This document shows, in pieces, positions 36,428 to 46,387 of a stretch of DNA of 64,000 nt; within the stretch, counting starts at the first letter, position 1, and the number at the start of each line of letters is the position of its first letter. This DNA is from Mustelus asterias (taxonomy: Eukaryota), in the NCBI RefSeq assembly GCF_964213995.1, contig NW_027590156.1, positions 186,001 through 250,000 of the forward strand, in the 5' to 3' direction. The notes beneath the pieces were generated by a model that saw nothing but the letters and a program-made list of their open reading frames with translations, searched no databases and was not told where the DNA came from. Position numbers and translations under genes: made by a program.

Positions 36428-36924
36428 ATGCGGCTGCTCAGCATCTGGGTTGTGTGGGTAGCATTTCTGGCAGGTAATTTGGGATTAAGTGCATTTCGTT
36501 TTTTCTCTCATTTGTCAAGCAGGGTTGAAATCTTTCCACGCTCTGGCCTGGCCTATTACTATGTGATCACCTTTTTCAGATCTGACTAATGCGGATTCTG
36601 TCACCTAGCGGCGCCCCGCACATATTAAAACAGAAGGAGAAGCGGTGGCATTGACCTGTACTTATGATACAACAGAAAGAAGCTATAGATTATACTGGTA
36701 CCGACAGTGCACAGATAATCAGCCTGAGTTTATAGTGTGGAAAAGCTCCGGAGGCTTTGAATATAAAGCAGAGTTACTAAGATCCGTTTCTCTGCTAATC
36801 TCCTGACCGAGAATAAAGTCACCAGTTTAACCATCTTGGGTCTGCAGCTGAGTGACATTGCTGTGTATTACTGCGCTTTCAGACTCACAGTGATAAAATA
36901 CAGTCTCACCGCGCTACAGAAGCT
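36428..36924 (+). pseudogene. V segment V11 (family of V5/V12; leader 36428-36473, exon 36580-36885, RSS 36886-36924)
   Basis: MRLLSIWVVWVAFLA; DSVT* nonsense codon plus FR3 frameshift; ...DIAVYYCAFR; CACAGTG-23-ACAGAAGCT. Confidence 0.93.
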
Positions 36925-37094
36925 CTAGATAAGAGCTCCATCTGCTGCGGGTTCTTCGGAATCGCGGGATGTTTCAGCAACAGAGAACAGCTCCGCCGTC
37001 AGCCGTTAAAACACAGTGAGAAAAAACCAGATTAACCTCGGATCAAACTGTCACTCAACAGTTCCACGAGTGGCTGAGAACACAAACTACACAA

Positions 37095-37815
37095 TCTCTG
37101 CTGTACAGAGGGACCTAGGTGCCTTTGTGCAGGTATCTCAAGGAGTTGGTCTGCAGGTGCAGCAGGTAATAAAGAAGGCAAATGGAATTTTGTCCTTCAT
37201 TGCGAGAGGGATGGAGTTAAAAATTATGTTGCAGCTGTATAAGGTGCTGGTGAGGCCACACCTGGAGTACTGTGTACACTTTTGGTCGCCTTACTTGAGA
37301 AAAGATATACTGGCACTGGATGGGTTGCAGAGGAGATTCACAAGGCTGATTCCGGAGTTGAGAGGGTTGGCTTATGAGGAGAGACTGAGTAGACTGGGGC
37401 TATACTCATTGGAATTCAGAAGAATGAGGGGAGATCTTATAGAAACATATAAGATTAAGAAGGGGACAGATAGGATAGAAGCAGGGAAGTTGTTTCCACT
37501 GGCGGGTGAAACTAGAACTAGGGGGGCATAGCCTCAAAATAAGGGGAAACAGATATAGGACTGAGTTGAGGACGAACTTCTTCACACAAAGGGTGGTCAA
37601 TCTGTGGAATTCCCTGCCCAGTGAAGCAGTTGACGTTACCTCATTGAAGGTTTTTAAGCAAGGATAGATAATTTTTTGAACAGTAAAGGAATTAAGGGTG
37701 ATGGCGAGCGGGCTATTAAGTAGAGCTGAGTCCACAAAAAGATCAGCCATGATCTTATTGAATGGCGGAGCAGGCTCAAGGGGCCAGATGGACCACCCCT
37801 GCTCCTAGTTCCTAT
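37095..37815 (+). mobile_element. CR1 LINE, 5'-truncated
   Basis: ORF 37016-37531 C-terminal domain plus 3'UTR. Confidence 0.93.
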
Positions 37816-37821
37816 GTTCGT

Positions 37822-39326
37822 AAAGATCATGGCGATGATCTTTGCATCGTCGATGGAGACGGGAGAGGTGCCGGAGGATTGGAGGATTGCGGATGTGGTT
37901 CCTATTTTCAAGAAGGGGAATAGGGATAGCCCAGGTAATTACCGACCGGTGAGTCTAACCTCAGTGGTTGGTAAACTGATGGAGAAGATCCTGAGGGACA
38001 GGATAGATGAGCATTTAGAGAGGTTTAGTATGCTCAAGAAAACTCAGCATGGCTTTGTCAAGGGCAGATCGTGCCTTACGAGCCGAGTGGAGTTCTTCGA
38101 AAATGTGACTAAACACATTGACGAAGGGAAGGCGGTAGATGCGGTTTATATGGATTTTAGCAAGGCATTCGACAAGGTCCCCCATGCAAGGGTTCTAGAA
38201 AAAGAAAGAGGGCATGGGATCCTAGGAACTGCTGCCCGGTGGATCCAGAACTGGCTTGCCCAAAGGAGGCAGAGAGTGGGTATATATGGGTCTTTTTCTA
38301 AATGGAGGTCAGTGACCAGTGGTGTGCCTCAGGGATCTGTTCTGGGACCCTTGCTGTTTGTCATTTTCATAAATGACCTGGATGAGGAAGCGGAGGGATG
38401 GGTTGGTAAGATTGCCGACGACACGAAGGTTGGTGGGGTTGTGGATAGTCTGGAGGGATGTCAGAAGTTACAGAGGGACATAGATAGGATGCAAGACTGG
38501 GAGGACAAGTGGCAGATGGACTTCAACCCAGATAAATGCATCGTGGTCCATTTTGGTAGGTCAAATGGGATGAAGGAGTACAATATAAAGGGAAAGTCTC
38601 TTAGTACTGTAGAGGATCAGAAGGACCTTGGGGTCCGGGTCCATAGGACTCTAAAATCGGCCCCGCAGGTGGAAGAGATGGTTCAGAAGGCGTATGGTGT
38701 GCTGGCCTTTATCAATCGAGGGATTGAATTCGGAGTCCGGGGATAATGATGCAGCTATATAAGACCCTCGTCAGACCCCACTTGGAGTACTGTGCTCAGT
38801 TCCGTTCGCCTCACTATAGGAAAGATGTGGAAAAGATTGAAAGGGTGCAGAGGAGATTTACAAGGATGTTGCCTGGATTGAGTGGCATGCCTTATGAGGA
38901 TAGTCTGAGGGAGCTCGGTCTTTTCTCCTTGGAGAGACGAAGGATGCGAGGAGACCTAATAGAGGTATATAAGATGTTGAGAGGCATAGATCGGATGGAC
39001 TCTCGGAGGCTTTTTCCCAGGTTGGAAATGTCTGCTACGCGAGGACACAGGTTTAAGGTGCTGGGGGGCATGTACAGGGGAGATGTTAGGGATAAGTTTT
39101 TCACACAGAGGGAGGTGGGCGAGTGGAATCGGCTGCCGTCAGTGGTGGTGGAGGAGAACTCAATAGGGTCTTTTATGAGACTCCTGGATGAGTACATGGA
39201 GCTTAATAGGATGGAGGGTTATAGGTAGGTCGAGAAGGTAGGTACGTGTTCGGCACAACTTGTGGGCCGAATGGCCTGTTTGTGCTGCAGTTTTTCGATG
39301 TTTCTATGTTTCTATGTTCTTTTGTT
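37822..39326 (+). mobile_element. CR1 LINE, 5'-truncated
   Basis: ORFs 37814-38746 (RT) and 38746-39228. Confidence 0.95.
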
Positions 39327-39668
39327 CTAATGTAAATAGAACAGAGACAAAGCACAGAACCATAGTTCCAACCAGACCTTCTCATTCCCACCGTCAACAA
39401 ACCTCGGTCCTCTGAAGCCTGTCGGGGGTGAGCTGCATCTTAATGAATGGAAACTTTCCCGGCTGGGTTGCAGACAAACTCCCTGCAGGTACCCATCCAG
39501 ACGCCTCTTAAATGTTGCTAATGTGCATGCTTCCAAAACAGCGGCGTGTTCCAGGCACCCACCACCTCCCCCGCAAATAAGAACATAAGAAACAGGAGCA
39601 GGAGTAGGCCATCTAGCCCCTCGAGCCTGCCCCGCCATTCAATAAGATCATGGCTGATCTGACGTGGA

Positions 39669-42600
39669 TCAGTACCACTTACCCGCCTGATCCCCATAAC
39701 CCTTAATTCCCTTACCGATCAGGAATCCATCCATCCGCGCTTTAAACATATTCAGCGAGGTAGCCTCCACCACCTCAGTGGGCAGAGAATTCCAGAGATT
39801 CACCACCCTCTGGGAGAAGAAGTTCCTCCTCAACTCTGTCTTAAACCGACCCCCCTTTATTTTGAGGCTGTGTCCTCTAGTTTTATCTTCCTTACTAAGT
39901 GGAAAGAATCTCTCCATCTCCACCCTATCCAGCCCCCGCATTATCTTATAAGTCTCCATAAGATCCCCCCTCATCCTTCTAAACTCCAACGAGTACAAAC
40001 CCAATCTCCTCAGCCTCTCCTCATAATCCAAACCCCTCATCTCCGGTATCAACCTGGTGAACCTTCTCTGCACTCCCTCCAATGCCAATATATCCTTCCT
40101 CATATAAGGGGACCAATACTGCACACAGTATTCCAGCTGCGGCCTCACCAATGCCCTGTACAGGTGCATCAAGACATCCCTGCTTTTATATTCTGTCCCC
40201 TTCGCAATATAGGCCAACATCCCATTTGCCTTCTTGATCACCTGTTGTACCTGCAGACTGGGCTTTTGCGTCTCATGCACAAGGACCCCCAGGTCCCTTT
40301 GCACGGTAGCATGTTTTAATTTGTTTCCATTGAGATAATAATCCCATTTGTTATTATTTCCTCCAAAGTGTATAACCTCGCATTTCTCAACGTTATACTC
40401 CATTTGCCATATCCTCGCCCACTCACTCAGCCTGTCCAAATCTCTCTGCAGATCTTCTCCGTCCTCCACACGATTCACTTTTCCACTTATCTTTGTGTCG
40501 TCTGCAAACTTCGTTACCCTACACTCCGTCCCCTCCTCCAGATCATCTATATAAATGGTAAACAGTTGCGGCCCGAGTACCGATCCCTGCGGCACGCCAC
40601 TAGTTACCTTCCTCCAACCGGAAAAACACCCATTTATTCCGACTCTTTGCTTCCTGTCGGATAGCCAGTCCCCAATCCACTTTAACACACTACCCCCAAC
40701 TCCGTGTGCCCTAATATTCTTCAGCAGCCTTTTATGGGGCACCTTATCAAACGCCTTTTGGAAATCCAAAAACACCGCATCCACCGGTTCTCCTCCATCA
40801 ACCGCCCTAGTCACATCTTCATAAAAATCCAACATGTGCGTCAAGCACGCCTTTCCCCTCATGCATCCATGCTGCGTCTGATTGATCGAACCATTTCTAT
40901 CCAGATGCCCTGCTATCTCCTCTTTAATAATGGATTCCAGCATTTTCCCTACTGCAGATGTTAAGCTGACCGGCCTATAGTTACCCGCCTTTTGTCTCCT
41001 TCCTTTTTTAAACAGCGGCGTAACATTAGCCGTTTTCCAATCAACCGGCACTACCCCAGAATGCAACGAGTTTTGATAAATAGTCACTAACGCATCCACT
41101 ATTACCTCTGACATTTCTTTCAATACCCTGGGATGCATTCCATCCGGACCCGGGGACTTGTCCACCTTCAGTCCCATTAGTCTACCCAGCACTGCCTCTC
41201 TGGTAACATTAATTGTATTAAGTATTTCTCCTGCTGCCAACCCTCTATCGTTAATGTTTGGCAAACTATTTGTGTCCTCCACCGTGAAGACCGACACAAA
41301 AAACTTATTTAAAGACTCAGCCATATCCTCATTTCCCACTATTAACTCCCCCCTCTCGTCCTCCAAGGGTCCAACATTCACTCTAGCCACTCTATTCCTT
41401 TTTATATATTTATAAAAACTTTTACTATCATTTTTTATATTAATTGCTAGCCTAGCTTCATAGTCTATCCTTCCTTTCTTTATCGCTTTCTTAGTCTCTC
41501 TTTGTTGTTTCTTAAATTTTTCCCAATCACTTGTTTCTCCACTATTTTTGGCCACTCTGTACGCAGCTGTTTTTATTTTAATACTCTCCTTTATTTCCTT
41601 CGTTATCCACGGCTGGTTCTCCCTTTTCTTACAATCCTTGTTTTTTGCTGGAATATGTTTTTGCTGAGAACTGAGAAGGATCTCCTTAAAAATCCTCCAC
41701 TGTTCCTCAGCTATCCTACCTGCCAGCCTGCTCTCCCAGTCTACCTGAGCCAATTCATCCCTCATCCTATCATATTTCCCTCTGTTCAAACAGAGGACAC
41801 TGGTTTGGGACCAAACTTTCTCCTCTTCCATCTGAATCAGAAATTCGACCATATTGTGGTCACTAGACCCAAGAGGGTCCTTCACAATAAGATCCTTAAT
41901 TCTACCTACCTCGTTACACAATACCAGATCCAAAATAGCTCGTTCCCTCGTCGGTTCCGTAACATGCTGTTCAAGGAAACTATCCCGACAGCATTCTAAG
42001 AACTCTTCCTCCATTCCACCCTTACCGACTTGAGTCTGCCAGTCAATGTGCATGTTGAAGTCCCCCATGATTATTGCCGTTCCGTTTTTACACGCATCCC
42101 TTATCTGCTTGTTTATAGCCCTCCCTACCTCAACATTATTATTTGGGGGCCTATATACCACACCTACTAGTGTCTTTCTCCCCCTACTATTCCTCATCTC
42201 TACCCATAATGATTCCACGTTTTGTTCCTCAGAGCCTATGTCATCCCTCAGTACTACCCTGATATTATCTCTTATTAATAGCGCGACCCCACCACCTTTT
42301 CCTTCCTGTCTATCCTTCCTAAACGCCTGATACCCCTGGATATTCATCTCCCAGTCCTGGTCACCTTTCAGCCACGTTTCTGTAATGGCCATCAGATCGT
42401 ACCCACTTGTGCTGATTTGCACCATCAACTCATTTACCTTGTTCCGAATGCTTCGTGCATTCAGGCAAAGTGTCCTTACTCCAGCTTTTATCTGGACCCG
42501 CTTTGATGAGTCGCGAACACCCTCTCCCTCTACTCCCTTACCTAAATTACCGCCTTCATTCACTTGCACCCTCTCCTCTACCATTAATTTTGTACTTCCC

Positions 42601-42674
42601 CTTACCCCTGCATCCTCCCCCCCATCAATTAGTTCCTTGATCCTAGTCAACTCTTCTAGCTCCCCTCCCCCCAA
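39669..42674 (-). CDS. CR1 ORF2: APE endonuclease plus reverse transcriptase (open for 1001 codons; true start probably a downstream ATG)
   Basis: LNARSIRNK, ITETWL, GDFN, SDH (APE); [24 protein letters not shown] (RT). Confidence 0.95.
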   Translation of the reverse strand: MGGGELEELTRIKELIDGGEDAGVRGSTKLMVEERVQVNEGGNLGKGVEGEGVRDSSKRVQIKAGVRTLCLNARSIRNKVNELMVQISTSGYDLMAITETWLKGDQDWEMNIQGYQAFRKDRQEGKGGGVALLIRDNIRVVLRDDIGSEEQNVESLWVEMRNSRGRKTLVGVVYRPPNNNVEVGRAINKQIRDACKNGTAIIMGDFNMHIDWQTQVGKGGMEEEFLECCRDSFLEQHVTEPTRERAILDLVLCNEVGRIKDLIVKDPLGSSDHNMVEFLIQMEEEKVWSQTSVLCLNRGKYDRMRDELAQVDWESRLAGRIAEEQWRIFKEILLSSQQKHIPAKNKDCKKRENQPWITKEIKESIKIKTAAYRVAKNSGETSDWEKFKKQQRETKKAIKKGRIDYEARLAINIKNDSKSFYKYIKRNRVARVNVGPLEDERGELIVGNEDMAESLNKFFVSVFTVEDTNSLPNINDRGLAAGEILNTINVTREAVLGRLMGLKVDKSPGPDGMHPRVLKEMSEVIVDALVTIYQNSLHSGVVPVDWKTANVTPLFKKGRRQKAGNYRPVSLTSAVGKMLESIIKEEIAGHLDRNGSINQTQHGCMRGKACLTHMLDFYEDVTRAVDGGEPVDAVFLDFQKAFDKVPHKRLLKNIRAHGVGGSVLKWIGDWLSDRKQRVGINGCFSGWRKVTSGVPQGSVLGPQLFTIYIDDLEEGTECRVTKFADDTKISGKVNRVEDGEDLQRDLDRLSEWARIWQMEYNVEKCEVIHFGGNNNKWDYYLNGNKLKHATVQRDLGVLVHETQKPSLQVQQVIKKANGMLAYIAKGTEYKSRDVLMHLYRALVRPQLEYCVQYWSPYMRKDILALEGVQRRFTRLIPEMRGLDYEERLRRLGLYSLEFRRMRGDLMETYKIMRGLDRVEMERFFPLSKEDKTRGHSLKIKGGRFKTELRRNFFSQRVVNLWNSLPTEVVEATSLNMFKARMDGFLIGKGIKGYGDQAGKWY

Positions 42675-42679
42675 CCTAT

Positions 42680-43618
42680 CTAGTTTAAATTCTCCCCAGT
42701 AGCCTTAGCCAACCTACTGGCCAGGATATTGGTCCCCGTCTGATTCAAGTTCCACCCGTTTTTTGTATACAGATCACCCCTGCCCCTAAAGAGGTCCCAA
42801 TGATCCAGGAACCTGAATCCCTGCCCCCTGCACCAGTCCCTCAGCCACACATACATCTTCCACCTCACTCCATTCCTGCCCTCACCTTCCCGTGGCACAG
42901 GCAGTAATCCTGAGATTACTACCTTTGCTTTCCTCTTTCTCAGCTGTCTCCCTAATTCCCTGTACTCCCTTTTCATGACCCCTTCTCCCTTCCTACCCAC
43001 ATCAGCGGTACCAATATGTACCGCTACCTCAGGCTTCTCTCTCTCCCACCTCAGGATTTCCGGGACGCGACTAGCGACATCCTGGATCCCGGCCCCAGGG
43101 AGGCAGACCACCATGCGAGAATCTCGCCTACCTCCGCAGAAACGCCTGTCTGTCCCCTTCACCATCGAGTCCACGATTAATACCGCCTTCCTCCTCTTTT
43201 CCTTAGCCCTCTGAGTTACAGGGCTGGACTCCACTGCGGAGACACGGCCACTGCTGCTTCCCCCAGGCGGGCTGTCCCCCCCAGCAGTACTCAAGCAGGA
43301 GTACTTGTTATGCAGGGGCAAATCCACCGGGGTGCTCTCAACCACCCTAGCCTTACCCTTCCTGGCCGTCACCCACTTGGCCTCCTCCCGTGGCCCTGGT
43401 GTGACCACCTGATGATAGCTCTTGTCTATCACCTCCTCATTCTCCCTCATCAGCCTAAGATCCTCGAGCTGCAGTTCCAGCTCCCTAACACGGTCCCTCA
43501 GGAACCGCAGCTCGACACACCCCTCACAGATGTGGATGTCCGGGAGGCCAGATGCCTCCAGGACCTCCCACATCCTACACTGGGAACAACACACTGGTTT
43601 CACACTCATACTGGACAC
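42680..43618 (-). CDS. CR1 ORF1: Cys-rich zinc finger / coiled coil plus SGNH esterase-like domain
   Basis: CSQC..CEGC, LRDRVRELELQLEDL, VLIVDS, CLPGA, HIGT; 312 aa open. Confidence 0.9.
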   Translation of the reverse strand: MSSMSVKPVCCSQCRMWEVLEASGLPDIHICEGCVELRFLRDRVRELELQLEDLRLMRENEEVIDKSYHQVVTPGPREEAKWVTARKGKARVVESTPVDLPLHNKYSCLSTAGGDSPPGGSSSGRVSAVESSPVTQRAKEKRRKAVLIVDSMVKGTDRRFCGGRRDSRMVVCLPGAGIQDVASRVPEILRWEREKPEVAVHIGTADVGRKGEGVMKREYRELGRQLRKRKAKVVISGLLPVPREGEGRNGVRWKMYVWLRDWCRGQGFRFLDHWDLFRGRGDLYTKNGWNLNQTGTNILASRLAKATGENLN

Positions 43619-45177
43619 TTTATGTCAAGTAAGACAGTGAAAAGTTAATAAGAGTGTAAGGAAACAAAAACTCACCCCTGCTCGTCCAAACCCTGTGAGC
43701 CAAAGCCCTGACAGCTCACTGAACTTCCCACTCACTCTGCTGCCCGCTACAATGCTGCCCGCTGTATACCTTGGTGCGCTTTTAAACCCTCCAAAAACTT
43801 CCCCAGGCCACTCCTGGCCCGACTTCCGGTTTTGAAAAAAACCTCCGATTTTAAACCCAAAATTAACTGAAAAAATAAATAATTAATTACAGTCAGAAAA
43901 CCCACTCTCTTACCCTCAGCCTGCTCCTGGGAACAAATCTCCCTCAAACTTCCCCTTGAACCAGTGCTCCCCTTGTAATTGACACGTCCACCCTGTCTAT
44001 GCCTCCAATAATGTTGTAGATCCAATCCAGGTCTTCCCTCAGCCTCTGTATTTCAGTAAAAACAGTCCTAGTCTATTCATACTCCTCATAGCCATCGCCC
44101 TCGGGATCGTGCAGCATCCTGGGGAACATTCTTTGAACTCTCTCCAAAGCTTCTAAGTCCTTTTGGTCGGACTGGGAGGTCCGGGGTGGATGTAACCCTG
44201 GTCTGTAGTTTATCGTCAGGAAATTCTGAATTGTTAGCGCAAAGTTCTAGAAGAACAGCGCCTCATTAACACTGGACTGCCGACATACGACAACCACAGT
44301 GTCCCAACTCTGACCTGTTCCTCCAGTATCTGCGGGAGCTCTGACACATTTACTGAAGGCAAACAGCTCTCGGAGTTACACTCGCTGCTGATTTTCACAA
44401 GGAAACAAAGTTGTCCCTTGAAATATCACAGGAGAAGTTCTCTCTGACATCGCCGTGCATGGTTGTGCTATGGAGCCAACACTGCTACAGAGAAGTAACA
44501 GATCCAGAACACAAAAAAAAACATACTCCCAGTATCCAGACAGCGCTCTCACTGCTAAACAGAGGTAAAAATTCCGCTTCCAAATGCAGAGTCACCTGGA
44601 ACTTTACAATAACAACAAAATTCAGGAAAACGTACGGAATTGTACTGGTTAAATCCAGTGCAGTTATGCTGAAATCAGCATTCAGAAATTTACTTCCTTA
44701 CTTGAATTTACTTCTTTTTCCTTCGATGTGTTTTCCGGGACTGTCTGTGACATTGAACAACCCTCTCCATCCCTCTCGCAGTTTCGTGGAGCCTTAGACC
44801 ACGGCCTGTTAACACGATTTATTTAATCAGAGTGCGTTGCTGGATCAAAGAAAACTTATAAACACTGAATAGATTTCGCAAAGGGGTGACTATCATCTTT
44901 AAAACAACCCCAAGGAGATTTTCCTCAGTGAGCACTGAGCTTCAGAATGTTTCCTGGAAGCTGGTGTGGTTCTTGTCAACACGAACAATCCGGAATTTTC
45001 TGATGATAATTTACAGACCAGACTTACATTCCCCGGCCACCACTTCCTCCTCCCCAGTCTCTGAAAGTCCGGCGATTCCCCTGTCAGGGCACTGCCTGTA
45101 ACCAGGCTCGGACACTTCTCTTTCAATATCAACCCCAGATCACCACCAACTGGCCTCAGAGAACCAGAGACAGACAC

Positions 45178-45251
45178 GGAAGTGAGGCAAGAGCATCCCG
45201 GGGGAAGAGGACAAGTTATTAAGGGCGGGATTTCGAACGGGTGTCTTCTAA
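45178..45251 (+). promoter_or_regulatory. Inverted copy of the V12 promoter core, downstream of the RSS
   Basis: ggaagtga...catccc...ttattaagggcgggatttcgaacgggtgtcttc matches the V12 promoter read on the minus strand. Confidence 0.6.
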
Positions 45252-45429
45252 TGTGATTCTGCGATGATCTGTTTGCCTGATTGAATTCTGAAGTTTGTTT
45301 TCTCAGTCTCTCCTGGGAACAGTTTCATTCGAAGTGAGTTTGGTTTCCTTTCGCTGCACATTGCGGCTGCATCTACTACAATCCTTCACAGACCCCAACA
45401 GACAGCAGCTGCACTCTGCAGTGAAATAC

Positions 45430-45468
45430 AGTTTTTGTACAGGGCTGAGCTTGCTTTATATCACTGTG
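45430..45468 (-). other. 23-RSS of V12
   Basis: CACAGTG-23 bp-ACAAAAACT. Confidence 0.97.
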
Positions 45469-45937
45469 CGTCTGAAAGCGCGCAATAATACACGGCGGCG
45501 TCAGTCAGCTTTAGACCCAAGATGGATAAACTGGTGAATGTATTCTCTGTCTGAAGCTCAGCAGAGAAACGGCTTTTGGCAAAATTGGCTTTTTCTTCAC
45601 TGCCGCCCGAGTATTTCCACAAAATAAACTCGGGCTGTGAGTCTGGGTGCTGCCGGTACCAGTATAGATAGTAGTAGCTAAATGCAGGATCATAGTTACA
45701 GTTTAAAGTCACCGCTTCTCCTTCTGTCCTGACATCTGAAGACAGCGACTGAGTGACAGAATCTCCATGAATCATATCTGAAAAACAACATTCAAATATC
45801 AAAAGATCTGACCGATAACTGTTGAAAATTAAGGTTTACGTCATGTATGAAAATTGAAAGACAAGTAGAAATGTGTTTGGTCCACATTTACCTGTCAGAA
45901 ATATTGCCCACACAACCCAGATGCTGAGCAGCGGCAT
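45469..45937 (-). CDS. TCR alpha/delta-type V segment V12, apparently functional (leader 45937-45892, exon 45777-45469)
   Basis: MPLLSIWVVWAIFLT|gtaaat...ttcag|DMIHGDSVTQ...VTLNCNY...LYWYRQ...DAAVYYCALSD. Confidence 0.97.
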
Positions 45938-46387
45938 TGTCTCTGGCCGCTCTGTAAAAAGGGAGTTGGGGATTTTGAAGACACCCGTTCTAAACCCCGC
46001 CCTCAATAATCTGCTGATGCCTCAGGATGTTCTCACTTCACTTCCTGGTGTTCCCAGTGACAGTGTGAACAGGCAGGCCGGTGAGCTGGCTGTCAGAGCT
46101 GGGTAACAGTCAGTGATTTATGGGGGGAATATTTCCGTTTTACACAGCAAATGGTGACAGTTAAATCCGATTCTGATTATCGTGACCGTCAAACTCAGGT
46201 TTGCTCCAGGATTTGGTTCATTCAGGATCAATCCGTTTATTGAAGTCTTACCATCAGGGGAGTGGCTCAGCCGTGAATGCGAGTTTTCCCTCATGAAACT
46301 CCGAGGCAATTGTTGAACAATTATTGTATTGTATGTCCGCGTGGCTGATTGACTCACCAGGCTGTCTTGTGACACATTGGCAGCGTC

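Larger units (their letters stand above)
39579..43933 (-). mobile_element. Full-length CR1 LINE with 5-bp TSD (caaat), nested in an older CR1 fragment (~39470-44170)
   Basis: 5'UTR, ORF1, ORF2, 3'UTR and tail; caaat at 39574-39578 and 43934-43938; host CR1 sequence is continuous across the insertion. Confidence 0.95.

Noticed and set aside
39870-43648. Many plus-strand ORFs over the full-length CR1
   Set aside because: Antisense shadows of ORF1/ORF2; similar peptides recur opposite other CR1 copies.
3798-45937. Interpretation as Ig heavy/light clusters or IgNAR
   Set aside because: Shark Ig genes are V-(D)-J-C clusters; here 12 Vs with 23-RSS have no D/J/C between them and DSVTQ...YYCALR-type ends fit TCR alpha/delta.
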